From Felis catus (taxonomy: Eukaryota), in NCBI RefSeq assembly GCF_018350175.1, contig NC_058368.1:32428001-32492000 (forward strand): DNA of 64,000 bases, in the 5' to 3' direction. Position 1 is the first letter of the stretch. Each line of letters starts with the position of its first letter. Shown here one piece after another: positions 29,111-41,625 of the stretch. The position numbers were made by a program, and so were the translations under genes. A model generated the notes under the pieces. The model was not told the origin of the DNA and did not search any database. It saw only the letters and a list, made by a program, of their open reading frames with translations.

Positions 29111-30509
29111 AAGACATTTTGAAGTGTGATTTCACAATACAAATCAGACCACCCTGGATAATGTCAATGTTTCTGTTTCTGCTTTTGATCTAGATGGGGA
29201 TGTTATAACATGAGGCAGGGGCTGATAGGAGCAGAGGTGTTAAAGTATTTCCATTAAAGCAAGTGAAATTACAGAGTGAAACTTTAAAGCTTTCCTCATG
29301 TTAAAGCAATTCCCTTTCTTTGGAAGGGTATAGACCTGTTCTACTGGCAGAACTCTTCAGTATCTTAATTGCAAAAATTGCCTCAGATAATAAAATCTAT
29401 TTCCCCTTAAATGAATATCCCTTCCTTTTAAATTAAATTTTAAAAGTTACTGGCAAACTGATTTTTGCCTTACATTTACCCTCAAGCAAGAAGAAGAGGA
29501 AACGGATCGGGTGTTAGATATGTTCATAAAAACATTCGGTTTGTGTGAAAGAAAACTTTTATCTTTCCTGAAGGTATTAATCAAAACCTAGTACCCAAAG
29601 TAGCTAAGCTTGTGATAAGATAAATAAATTGTGGAATACACACAGAACCTAAGATGTACCTAATATATAAATGTGATACATTCTACAAACTTCTGCATAA
29701 GTATACTCCCCTCCAGAAACTGTTTCTTTGTGAGTTTTTGCTCTCTTCTGATATTATAGAATTATTAGGACATACAGCTATTAAATAGGAACCTCATGAA
29801 GTTAAGACACAGAGTTCAGGAACCACCTTTATAACTTAACAAATGTGAAGATACTTACTGCCTGCTGCTTAAGAAAGTTGATCCTGGGGATATATAAACC
29901 ATTAGACCTTGAGAAAGTATCTAAAGAAATGTACTGTTACCCCTGTAGGTAGCTATATGCTCCATCTGGGTGAACTGAACTGTGCAAATTAGCATGTGAT
30001 CACAAACCAAGACCAAAATAAATCCAAGTCATGAGGGAAAGAAATCAAACAGGAAGGATGAGAGAAAGTAAAGAAGAACCCCTGTCTCTTTTTCCAATTG
30101 CTTTCTTATTAGGTTTTTAAAGGAATTTGTGTTGGATGAGAAAGATTTTTACTCAGATCCACAGATATCTTTTCTTATATATTTGTGAAACAGTGAGGGT
30201 ATAGAAAAATATATGGGCTTAAGATGGGATGAGAAAGTCAATAGTACCTGAAAAGATTCAATGAATTGGAAAGAATCATCTATTCTTAAATCATCTATAA
30301 GCTTCGCTAAATTAAATGCATCTAAAGAGAAATCACAATTCTTTCTCTTTAGAAAAGGTTTAGGACTAGCAAGAATATTTCATTGAATTTTATTTTAGGA
30401 CAAACTAAATGTTAAATTCCTTACGATAATATTTGTGAGTACCTATTATGAGTACCTATTATGTTATATTCTACCTTTAGCTCAAATGTGTGTAAATCAC
30501 ACAAACACA

Positions 30510-30750
30510 CGTATTTAATGGTTTGAGTGTGTAGAATGATGACATCACATGCGCACCAAGAAGGCATGAAACAGGGCTGACTCCCAAGGAGGTCTGAAAA
30601 TAACTTGAAAAAGCAGGAAAAGCATATTGACTGGGGTTGCAGTGTGAGATTGTGGTGAAGGTTTCCTATGTGAGGTCTGGGTGTGCTCTGAACTTCCCCT
30701 GAGCGCCAAAGGAGGGCGCACTCAGGCTTTCTGATCCGTTTGCCAACTTC
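30510..30750. mobile_element. Possible ancient LTR fragment (MER21/MER68/MER77-group-like)
   Basis: gaacttcccctgagcgccaaaggagggcgcactcaggctttctgatc resembles a motif I recall from that LTR group; not verified. Confidence 0.35.
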
Positions 30751-31084
30751 TGTTTGATGGCCTGAATGTGGTCTAACTGCAACTGTTTCATGTGTGGGTG
30801 AGAAGAATGTGTTTTCTGTTGGGTTGGACGGAGTGTTCTATAAATGCTAAAATGACCAAGTTAACTGATAGTACTGTTCCGGTCAACTCCACCCTAACTG
30901 ATTTTTATAACAAAGAAGTTTCAAATTCTTCAACTTTTTAATTGTAATTTATATTTTTTCTTTGTGTATTATTTATCCTCTTTTAAAACTATTTTAGTGG
31001 TTCTTCTAGTATTCACAACATGTATATGTAAGTAATGTATATACACAATGAAATTTCACTGTAACGCTTCATGTGTGGTGCAGT

Positions 31085-32303
31085 TGTTGAACGGATTTCA
31101 GCAGAGTTGGGAAAGAGAGACTGAGCTGACTGAAGTCAATTGGCCAATTAAAGGAACAAGCCAAAAAAGTGGAAGAGTTAAGTGTTTAATCATTTGCTTC
31201 AATGGGTAATAAGCAAAAGGCTAAAACCAAGGAAGCCCATCCCCCACTCCTAGTCCATTTTCCCCCACAGAACCACTCCTGCTCCATTTGCCCCCACCAA
31301 TCAAGGGGCAATGTAGATGTGGGGGTTGGCTCACTGTTGGCCCAAAGGCACTTTCGTGGACCCTGAAGTCAGGGAGAGCTAGAGGGAAAGGATAGGAGTG
31401 GAAAACTACTAGGAACTGAGGTTGGGGAAAAATGTCTTCATGGTTTCTACTTCCCCTTCCTCCCCCATATGAGACATCAGCGGAGGAGCCTAAAAAAGAC
31501 CTCTGTCCAAGGCCTCAGATAAAGAGACCTAGAAATGGAGGTGATGGCAGTAGAAATGCACGTGTGTGAAGAGCATGACTGTCCAGGGGGCCTCAGACCT
31601 TGACTCAACTTCCTTCAGAGACTGTAGTATACCATGTCTGTGTGGAGAGGGCAGCTTTCCTCTGTAAGATGTGACAAGTAAAGCCTTTGTAATTGCCTGT
31701 ACTCAGACCTGAAAAATCACACATAGGTTTTTTGGTTTTGTTTTTTTGGAAGTTTTTAATTTAATTTTATTTATTTTTTCAATATATGAAATTTATTGTC
31801 AAATTGGTTTCCATACAACACCCAGTGCTCATCCCAAAAGATGCCCTCTTCAATACCCATCACCCACCCACCCCTCCCTCCCACCCGCCATCAACCCTCA
31901 GTTTGTTCTCAGTTTTTAAGAGTCTCTTATGCTTTGGCTGTCTCCCACTCTAACCTCTTTTTTTTTTTTTTCCTTCTCCTCCCCCATGGGTTTCTGTTAA
32001 GTTTCTCAGGATCCACATAAGAGTGAAAACATATGGTATCTGTCTTTCTCTGTATGGCTTATTTCACTTGTGCCCCAATGATTATAGCAGCACTCTCAAC
32101 AATAGCCAAATTATGGAAAGAGCCTAAATGTCCATCAACTGATGAATGGATAAAGAAATTGTGGTTTATATACACAATGGAGTACTACCTGGCAATGAGA
32201 AAGAATGAAATATGGCCCTTTGTAGCAACATGGATGGAACTGGAGAGTGTTATGCTAAGTGAAATAAGCCACACATAGGTTTTTAACTAGGAACCAAACT
32301 TCG
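31085..32303 (-). mobile_element. Probable ERV solo LTR, split by an L1 insertion at 31718-32284
   Basis: GC-richer block that starts tgttga and resumes after the L1 TSD; cagt on both outer flanks (31081-31084, 32304-32307) may be a 4-bp TSD; minus-strand ATTAAA near 31187. Confidence 0.5.
31733..32269 (-). mobile_element. Young feline L1 3' end with a 5' inversion (twin priming)
   Basis: Minus-strand tail, 3'UTR and ORF2 end at 31733-32069; plus-strand ORF2 segment 32070-32269 ([20 protein letters not shown]...); perfect 15-bp TSD cacacataggttttt at 31718-31732 and 32270-32284. Confidence 0.95.
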
Positions 32304-33008
32304 CAGTTACCTTTATGAATTTATCTTCCATTCCTCTCTGGTATGCTTTATGACGTTGCTGCCATTTATATCAATTATTCATATGTTGTACACACGCAAC
32401 ACATTGTTGGTACAGTGCTTTGAACAGTGGTTGTCTTTTACATCAACAAAGAATAAAGAACATAAATGATTTTATTTTGTTTTCATTTATGGTTTTTGCA
32501 ACCCTCTTTAAGTAGTTCTAAGTTTCTGACCTATATCTTTTTTGTTCCTGCCTGAAGAATTTTTTTTTACATTTCTTTTATAACAAGTCTGCTAAAAAAT
32601 GATTTCCCTCATTTTTTTTTCAGTCTTTACTTCTCCTTCACTTTTGAAGGATAATTTCCCTGGATATAGATTGGAATAGATTTCTAGACTTTTTTTCCAT
32701 CTCTGAACAGTTATTTTAATCCATACTGCTTTTTTGCATGTTTTTTTAATGAGAAGTCTGCTGAAATACTTATCTTTATTTCTCTATATGTAAGAGTTTA
32801 TTTTTTTCCTTTTTCTTCCTTTAATATTCTCTTCTATTTCCCCCCAGAGTTTAAATATGATATGCCTAGTTTTATTTTTTTTGGGGGGGGGGAATTTGTT
32901 TTTGTTTTTCTAATATTGCTTGTGGTTCTCTGAGATTCTTGAATTTATGGATTAGTACCTATTATTAATTTAGTAATAATTGGCCATATTACTTTAAATA
33001 TTTCTTCT

Positions 33009-33213
33009 GGGGCACCTGGGTGGCTCAGCCGGTTAAACATCCGACTTTGGCTCAGGTCTAGGTCTTGGGGTTTGTGAGTTTGAGCCCAGCATTAGAGCCT
33101 GCTTCCTGTCCTGTCTTCCCCTCTCTCTGCCCCTTCCCAGTTTGTGCCTAGCCATTCACACCCGCATGCACACTCTCTCTCAAATATGAGTAAACATTGA
33201 ATAAATGAATAAA
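33009..33213 (+). mobile_element. Can-SINE
   Basis: TSD taaatatttcttct at 32995-33008 and 33214-33227. Confidence 0.92.
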
Positions 33214-33636
33214 TAAATATTTCTTCTACCATTTTTTTCTTACTACTGGTTTTCAAATTATGTGTAAGTTATTCCTGGTTATTATCATTATTATCGTACA
33301 GTTCTTGGATGTTGTGCACTTTTCCTTTTTTTTTTTTTTAATTCATTTTCGCTTTGGGTTTTAGTTTGGGAAGTTTCTATTGACCTATCTTCAAGTTCAT
33401 TGATTCTTTCCTCAGCTGTGTAGAATCTATTAAGGAACCTGTTCAAGCCATTTTTCAGTTTTGTTCCTGTATCTTTAACTTCTAGAATTTCCTTTAATTC
33501 ATTCTCAGTATTTTCATGTCTCTGTTAATATATTATCTACATATTCTTTTGCACTGTTTATTTTTTCCTTTTGGTTCCTCACCAAAATAATTATATCTCC
33601 TGTCTGATAATTCTGACATGGAATTATCTCAGTCTG

Positions 33637-33728
33637 TTTTTTTTTCTTCGAGTTTTTATTTAAATTCTAATTAGTTAACATATATGGTAAAATTGGTTTC
33701 AGGTGTACAATTCAGTAATTCATGACTT
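33637..33728 (-). mobile_element. Very short carnivore L1 3' tip
   Basis: Poly(T) followed by ttaaattctaattagttaacatata...gtttcaggtgtacaattcagt, matching the L1 terminus seen at ~38590. Confidence 0.7.
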
Positions 33729-34423
33729 CAGAGTCTCATTCTGATGGTTGCTTTAATTCCTCAGAATTTGTTTTTCTTGCCGTTTAGCATGCCTTTCAAT
33801 GTGTTTTGGTTTTTTTGTCAAGTGATGCCAACATGCTATATAGAGTGATAAGGACTGAGATAAATGGGCCTTCATTGTGAGGATTTATGTTAATCTGGCT
33901 GAGAGTTGGGCTATGTTACTATATATTTTGGATATAAGTACCATAGACATCAAATTCCTTTAGTGTCCTTATTTTTGTCTTCTTATGCTTTAAGGTTTCC
34001 TTTTGTGCAGATTCTGAGAGAGATTCTGTGTCTGACATTTCTTTTAGCTGTAGTTCATAGCTATTATCCTGGAGGTTCATGGTTTGGTGGTAGGACATGG
34101 GGGAGGGAGTATTCTATAATTTCATGATTTTGTCTGTCTTTTCATGGACTACTTTTGGGGGTATGGCTTTCACAAGTGTTTCTGTTCCCCCTCCAATGAA
34201 ATAGACTTTTGCCCCAGACATCTGTTTCATTTCCTATGAGCAGCATTCACATCTATTTTTTGAAACCTTATATTCTGCTGATTTTTCCCCTTTGATAAAA
34301 CAAACAAACAAACAAACAAACAAACAAAAAACCTGTAACTGGGACATAATTCTCTTTTTCCAGTTAAGGTAACGTTTCAGAATATCCCTTTAGGTAATTT
34401 TTCCCCCTCAAGATTAGAACTTT

Positions 34424-34624
34424 TTTAAAAAAAAAATTTAATGTTTATTTTTTGAGTGACAGGGAGAGAGTGCAAGTGGGGCAGGGACAGAGAGAGGGCG
34501 ACAGAGGATCCAAAGCAGGTTCTGCACTGACAGCAGCGAGCCTGGTGTGAGGCTTGAACTGTGAACTAAGATCATGACCTGAGTCAAAGCCAGAGGTTCA
34601 ACCAACTGAGTCATCCAGGCGCCC
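34424..34624 (-). mobile_element. Can-SINE (first of a tandem pair)
   Basis: Flanked by caagattagaacttt (34409-34423) and caaaattagaacttt (34625-34639). Confidence 0.92.
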
Positions 34625-34639
34625 CAAAATTAGAACTTT

Positions 34640-34861
34640 ATTTAAAATTTTTTTTTAATGTTTTAATTTATTTTTGAAGGAGAGAGAGACAGAGTATGAG
34701 CAGGGGAGGAGCAGAGAGAGAGGGAGACATAGAATTTGAAGCAGGCTCTAGGCTCTAAGCTATCAGCACAGAGCTCAATGTGGGGCTCAAACTCACAAAC
34801 TGTGAGATCATGACCTGAGCCGAAGTCAGACACTTAACCGACTGAGCCACCCAGGTGCCCC
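34640..34861 (-). mobile_element. Can-SINE (second of a tandem pair)
   Basis: Flanked by caaaattagaacttt at 34625-34639 and 34862-34876. Confidence 0.94.
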
Positions 34862-37800
34862 CAAAATTAGAACTTTTAAAAGAAGAAGAGTTTCAGCAGT
34901 TTTCCAGGTCATTACTGTCCCCTCACTCTGATCATGCCAGGAAAGAATTTTTCTCAGATCCAATCCTTGAGGAACTGCAGGGAATCCTTACATAAAACTC
35001 TGCATACCTATGAGGAATGACTTATGACAGTGAGCCCCAGGAGTTTCTCACTCTCACTATATGCTTCACTCAGCTTACAGCAACCTTATAAAATAGACAT
35101 TTTTGTGTTCCTACCACCCTATTGATTCTAGCAGCTTCTGCTGCAGGTAATAAAATTTCAGGATTTTTATCTCTTTGGATGTGCTGATTTTTCAAGATCT
35201 CAGTATAGGCGTTTGTGCAACTACGTCAATAATCTGATGGGTCTCAGAAAAGCCACAGGTTTTCAGCTTGTATCACTTTTTCTTGTCATAAAGACAATGA
35301 TGACTTCCAATATGTTTACATTTCATATCTGATACTGGCAGTCCTAAAGAGCAACTTGTGATTCAGATGTCCAAGCACGTCCAACCAATGGTGACCCAGT
35401 AAGAATCAAACATCAAACCCACATGACTCCATACATAGGGAAGTGTGCTTCCAGTGAATTTAATCAGAACTCTTTGAAAATGGTTGACTTTCACACCATT
35501 TTGCCCACAAACAATGTTATTTTAGGGGTTTTTGGTTCTTTTTAACTTCAAATAAAGTATTTTACCTAATCATAGTAACAGAACATGGAAGGGTGGCTTA
35601 GAAAATTAAATGTTTTACAATACTATTGTTCATATGGGGAAAATATGTTTCAGGTTTCTCATAAGTAATGATAAACAAGTTCTTGAAACACAGCCAGGCT
35701 ATAAATTATAGTCTGTCTTTAGAGAGTAGATATATACAAAACCTGAAGAAAGTGCTAGAGCTTAATCTTAGCATTAAAACATCTAAGAAAAAATTACTTA
35801 CTTAAAATGTGCATTTATTATTTCAATACATGGTGATAATTATCTGTATTTTGTCTCTTAATGTCATGTATTCATTATATAATTTATTTATTTTCATACA
35901 GATGGAACACAAAGGTACATTGTTTAGCAATAGGTATTGTACTTGGTGAGGCTTCAGTTATTTCAAACAAATCACTAACATTTATTATAGGAAAGGGGAC
36001 AAAGGAAGGAAACAGAACATGAATCAATTGCACTATACAGATATGAATATCTAAATCTAAGGGGATAAATAAGTACATATTCATATTCAGGAAAATGTAA
36101 AATATGTTAGCAATAGGGGCTCCTTTTACTCATAGGTAAAATCTGATTTCCATCTATATTTCACAATAGAACAAATAACTCTCCGTTCAAAATGAATTTT
36201 AGAGTTTTACAATCTGCCTTATGTTGAAGAGTATACAGATGAAAATCCTTAAAGCATAAGAAAAGCTTTCACCAAAATAGTTTTGGGGAGTTATGTACAT
36301 AATAGACCAGGGTGAATTTACTGTTTGATTCACATAATCATCACTGTCAAAGTCTGTGGAATAGCATGCATGACAAATTGCAAACATAAACCACCTGATA
36401 TTTTTTTCCTTTTTGTGTTCTGAGATGGAGCTAGTGTTTGTAATTTATTCCCTATAAATCCTTCTTATGTCCTCTGTCTTCTCCTCACCTTAAATGGCAT
36501 CAAAGGAACCTAGCTTGCTAAGTTTCAGTAGCCTCTGATTTTGTGGGGATTTTAGCTACCGTAAAAGATTATCATAAAATGGGTTTATTTCTTCCACAAT
36601 GGCCAAAATTTCTGGAAGTGTATCCCAGTTATGCTTAAGCCATGGATTTGAAGATTGGGTTCTTGAATGGTGGCTTTGAACACACATTAACAGTGTGATG
36701 CCTTGAAAAAGGGAAATAGAGATATGTCACTGTAACCTCCACAACTGTTTTTTAAATCTTTATTGCTTACAACTTTTAATTTTATTTTTTTACGTTTATT
36801 GATATATGACTTACATTTTTTTAGTCACACTTCTTAGGTATATGGTTTGGGGAATTTTGGCAAATGTATGCAGTAAGGTAACCAATACCAACACCAGGAT
36901 ATAGAATGTTACCACAAACTCAAAAAAAAAATTGCTTGGAGTCATTTGCAATCAATATCCACTCCCTCCCTCAGATACTGGCACCTAGTAACTTGATTTC
37001 CATCCTTATTATTTTGCCTTTTCAAGATTTTATATAAATAGAATCAGATAGTATGCCTTTCTCATTTCTCTTTCTTTGATCACACAAAACTTTTGCACTC
37101 CATCCATTTTGAGGGGTTTGCATCAATAGCTCATGTTGAATAGTATTTCCTTTTATAGATGTACCACAATATGTTCATCAATATGCCAGTTGATGGACAT
37201 CGGTGATGTTTCTAGAACTTGGCAATCACGGAAAACGTTATACACATTCATGTACAGATGTCTGTGGGGATATTTTAATTTCTGTTGTATAAATATCTAT
37301 GCGTAGGATTACAGGGTCACATTAGAAGTATACACATAATTTTATAAGCAACTGTCAAACTGTTTGGCAAAGTGGCTGTGCCAACTTGAATTCCCATTGG
37401 CAATATAAAAGAAATACAATTGTTTTGCATCCTATCAGCCATTGGTATTGTCAGGGTTGTTACTGTTTATCTATCCATCTGTCTACTTGTGTCTATCTAT
37501 CTGCCTATCTGTCATCTATCTTTCATCTTCATTTTATTTATACTAGAATGTTTGTAGTGATATCTCACTATGATTTCAATTTGCCTTTCTCCAAAAATGA
37601 AGACATTGAGCATATTTTCATGTGCTTATTTATAATCCTTATCTTTCTGTTAGTCACATGTCCGCTCAAATCTTTTGCCTAGTTCTTTTTTAATTGAGTT
37701 TTTTTGTCTCCTTATTATTCAGTTGTAAGAATTCTTTAACACATGCATGTTTTGCATATGCTTTCTTCCAATCTGTAGCATGTCTTTACATTTTACATTA

Positions 37801-37944
37801 CATTTAAGAATGATATCCAATACATCATATTTATAGTTTATGGTATTGTGCCTTTCCCTAACCCAGTAAAACAAATATATTCTAAGTTTCTTATAAAAGT
37901 TATGGTTTCACCCTTGATTTTGAGCCATGGCCCACTTTGAGTTA

Positions 37945-37983
37945 TTTTTTTAATGTTTTTTTAATTATTAATTTTGAGAGAGA

Positions 37984-38028
<45 letters not shown>

Positions 38029-38153
38029 TCCCAAGCAGGCTCTGCGCTGTCAGCATAGAGCTGACATGAGGCTTGATCCCACCAACTGTGACATCATGCC
38101 CTGAGCCAAAATCAAGAGTCAGATGCTTAAGCAATTGAACCACCCAGGTGCTC
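37945..38153 (-). mobile_element. Can-SINE
   Basis: TSD cccactttgagtta at 37931-37944 and 38154-38167. Confidence 0.94.
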
Positions 38154-38584
38154 CCCACTTTGAGTTACTTTTTAAGTGGATATCTGACTTCTCTAGCACT
38201 ATTTGCTGAGAAGACTTTTATTGCATTTACTTGGGAATTTATTAAAAATCAATTGACCATACATGTTTACCTGTTTTTTTTTTCTTAGTCTCTTTATACT
38301 GTTGCATCTATCTATCTATCTATCTATCTATCCATCTATCATCCAATTATGCACTGCTTTATTTATGGCAAATTTATACCATGTCTCAAATTCAGATGAG
38401 TTCTCTTCTACTTTTTTCTTTTTAAACTATTTAACTATTCTAGGTCTTTTGGTTTTTCATGTATACTTTTAGAATCAGATTGACAGTTCTGTAAAAAATA
38501 CTTCAAGGATATTGATGGAGATTGCATTAGATCTATAAATCAATTTGAGGAAAATTGCCATTGTCTAATATAAATTCTTCTATT

Positions 38585-39590
38585 CTTTTTAAATTTTAAT
38601 TCCAGTAGTTAATATACAGTATTATATTAGTTTCAGGTATACAATATAGTGATTCAACAGTTCCATCCATCACCTGGTGCTCATCATGACAAGTGCTCTA
38701 CATAATCCCCATCACCTATTTTACCCTTCCCTCCCCCCCCCCCCAACCGCCCACCTACTTTTCTTCTGGTAACCATCAGTTTCTTCTCTATAGTTAAGAA
38801 TCTGTTTCTTTGTTTTCCTCTTTCTGTCTCGCTTTTTCTCCCTTTGCTTATTTCTTTTGTTTCTTAAATTCAACATGAGTGAAATTATTTGGTATTTGTC
38901 TTTCTGTGGCTGATTTATTTCACTTAGCATTATAAGATCCATCCATGTTGTTGAAAGTGGCAAGATTTCATTCTTTTTTACAGCTGAATATATCACATCT
39001 TCTTTCTTCTTGATTCATTCATCAATTCATGGACACTTGGCTGGTTCCATAACTTGGCTATTGCAAATAATGCTGCTATAAACATAGAGGTATATGTATC
39101 TCTTTGAATTAGTGTTTTCGTATTCTTTGGGCAAATACCCAGTTGTGCAATTCCTGGATGATAGCGTAGCTCTATTTTTAATTTTTTGAGGAAACTCCAT
39201 TTTGTTTTCCCCCAAGTGGCTACACCAGTTTGCATCCCCACCAAAGTACAAGAGATTTCCCCTTTTTCCACATCCTCATTAACAGCTGTGTTTCTTATGC
39301 TGTTGATTTTAGCCATTGTGACAGGTGTGATGTGATAATGCATTGTGGTTTGATTTGCATTTCCCTGATGATAAAGATATTGAGCATCTTTTCATGTATC
39401 TATTGGCCATCTGGATGTCTTCTTTGGATAAATGTAAATTCATGTCTTCTGCCCATTTTTTAATTGGATTGTTTGCTTTTTAGGTATTGAGTTATATCAG
39501 TTCTTTATATATTTTGGATACTAACCTTTTATCAGATGTGTCATTTGCAAGTATCTTCTCCCATTTTGTAGGATGCCTTTTAGAATTGTT
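38585..39590 (-). mobile_element. Carnivore L1 3' portion (degraded ORF2 C-terminus plus 3'UTR)
   Basis: Frameshifted ORF2-like peptides (KWSFLKKLKIELRY.P.IA.LGICPK; YSAVKKNEILP); 3'UTR polypurine tract seen as the C-run at ~38727-38752. Confidence 0.9.
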
Positions 39591-39769
39591 AAGTCAATAT
39601 TAATTATTTTAATCAATATACTTATTACACATCTTCATTTATTTTGTTCTGGTTTAAATATTCTCACAAATGTTTTGTTGCTTTTATCACATAAGTCTTG
39701 CATCTTTTATATTAAATATATTAATTTTCTAACTTAAATTTATCCTAAAAATTAATTTTTATTTGATGC

Positions 39770-39816
39770 TATATATACATATATATATGTGTGTGTGTGT
39801 ATATATATATATATAT

Positions 39817-39862
<46 letters not shown>
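39770..39862. repeat. Compound (AT)/(GT)/(AC) microsatellite containing a 60-bp perfect palindrome
   Basis: (AT)5(GT)6(AT)8(AC)6(AT)5 at 39779-39838 equals its own reverse complement. Confidence 0.92.
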
Positions 39863-39866
<4 letters not shown>

Positions 39867-40007
39867 GGATTTACAAAAATAATGCCCAATGATTATTTTC
39901 ACTAAATTATTATGTGGAAATGCAATTTATTTTGCACATTGCCTTTATCCTATATATTACTAAATTAACTTATTAGCTACGGGATATTTTATGTACAATC
40001 TTAGGTA

Positions 40008-40228
40008 TTTTTTTTAATTTAAAAATATTTATTTATTCTTGAGAGAAAGAGCGAGAGAGAGACAGCAAGCTGGGGAGAGGCAGAGAGAGAGGAAGACACA
40101 GAATCCAAAGCAGGCTCCAGGCTCTGAGCTGTCAGCACAGAGCCCAGTGTGGGACTAGAACTCATGGACTGTGAGATCATGACCTGAGCTGAGGTTGGAC
40201 ATTTAACCAACTGAGCTACAGGCACCCC
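40008..40228 (-). mobile_element. Can-SINE
   Basis: Reverse-complement SINE body ending gagctacaggcacccc. Confidence 0.93.
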
Positions 40229-40524
40229 TGGTATCTTCTACATAGATAATCACATTGTCATTTTGTCTGAAAATAAAGAAAGATTTTCTTCTTCCTTTTC
40301 AGTCTCTATGATTTTATTATATTTTCTTGCTTTATTATATTACTTATGTCCTCCAGTATAATGTCGAATAAGGAGTGAGAGTAGACACGTCTTTGCCTGC
40401 TTTCTGATCTTAGGTGAAAAGCTTTGTCAGTTTCTTTTTCTTTTTCTTTCTTTCTATTAGTTATAATGTTAGCCATAGAGTTTTCTTTACATTTCCTTTA
40501 TTAAGTTAAATTGAGAAGGAAAGC

Positions 40525-40851
40525 TGGTAAAAACAAGATAAAAGGGACGAGCCAGATGTTGGAGGCTGGATACTCCCCTTGCTTGCTTTTGGCTTCTGTA
40601 ATCTTGCTTGCCTCCTGCATCTGCCACCTGCTCATGTAGCACAACTGATAAGTGCCCCCTTCCCTTTTTCTTTTTTTTCCTTTCAAGCCCCTGCAATCCC
40701 ACCCATAAAAAGATGCCAGGGCCAAGGCTCAAGGCTCAGCCTTTGGAGGTGACTCCGCTCTGCCAGCACTGGTGTGAAATAAACTGTCTTTCTTGATTCC
40801 CCAAGTGCATATTGCTCCTCTCTTCCTGGGCACCAAGTATTTGCTGTACCA
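40525..40851 (+). mobile_element. ERV solo LTR (~327 bp)
   Basis: Inverted termini TGGTA...TACCA; TATA-like cataaaa at ~40704; AATAAA at ~40778; interrupts the antisense L1; TSD not clean. Confidence 0.7.
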
Positions 40852-41424
40852 AAATAAGTTCCTTACTTGCCTTAATATGCTAAGAATTTTTTCATGAGGA
40901 GATGCAATATTTTGTCAAATTCTTTTTCTGCATCTATTAGTAAGATTGGACGAATTCCTTTTTTTAGACTGTTGATATGATGAAATATATTGTTTGGTGT
41001 TCAAATGTACTACCCTTACATTATTGGAATATAAAAACTGGTCATGAAGAGTTTCCTCCTGTTAATTATTGAATGTGATTTGCTAATATTTTAAGGATTT
41101 TTGTATCCATATTCATAAATAATATTATTCTATAGCTTTTTCTTCTTGCTGTATCTTTGCCTGGGTATGCTGTAAGGTAATTCTGGCCTCAAAAGATGAG
41201 CTGGTAAGGCTCTCTCTCTCCCCTTCAACTGTTGGAAGAAACGGTATAGAATAGATTCATTTCTTCTTTCAATATTGGGAGAATTCAACAGTAATGTTAT
41301 CTGGGCCTAGAGTTTATATGGGAATTATTTTATTGTGAAATCTAATATTTTAATAGATATACAGCTATGAAAACTATTTATTTTTGAGTATTTTAATTTC
41401 AGTCTCTCAAAAAATTAATCCATT

Positions 41425-41625
41425 TCTTATATTATATATATAGTATATATTATATATATTATATATATGTTATATATATATTATATATATTATATATATT
41501 ATATTATATATTATATATTATATATATGTTATATATATTATGTTATATATATGTTATATAATATAATATATATGTTATATATATAATATATATATTAATA
41601 TATATATTATATATATATTCTTATA
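41425..41625. repeat. AT-only low-complexity (TA)n/(TTA) tract
   Basis: About 200 bp of almost exclusively A/T alternation. Confidence 0.92.

Larger units (their letters stand above)
30755..35345 (-). mobile_element. Ancient L1M (5'UTR, ORF1, start of ORF2) interrupted by younger insertions
   Basis: ORF2-start-like text at 30760-30900; ORF1-like text cttttgaaggataatttccctggatataga at ~32640; L1M 5'-end motif reverse-complemented at ~35260-35343. Confidence 0.7.

Noticed and set aside
30436..30463. Short direct repeats (tgagtacctatta x2; similar at ~15782 and ~47522)
   Set aside because: Isolated two-copy slippage duplications; no spacer array, so not CRISPR-like
36199..36387. Minus-strand ORF with DFDSDDYVNQ and possible AG/GT boundaries
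   Set aside because: Weak pyrimidine tract and donor; peptide not recognised
38727..38752. C-run with G-quadruplex potential on the minus strand
   Set aside because: Ordinary polypurine tract of the L1 3'UTR
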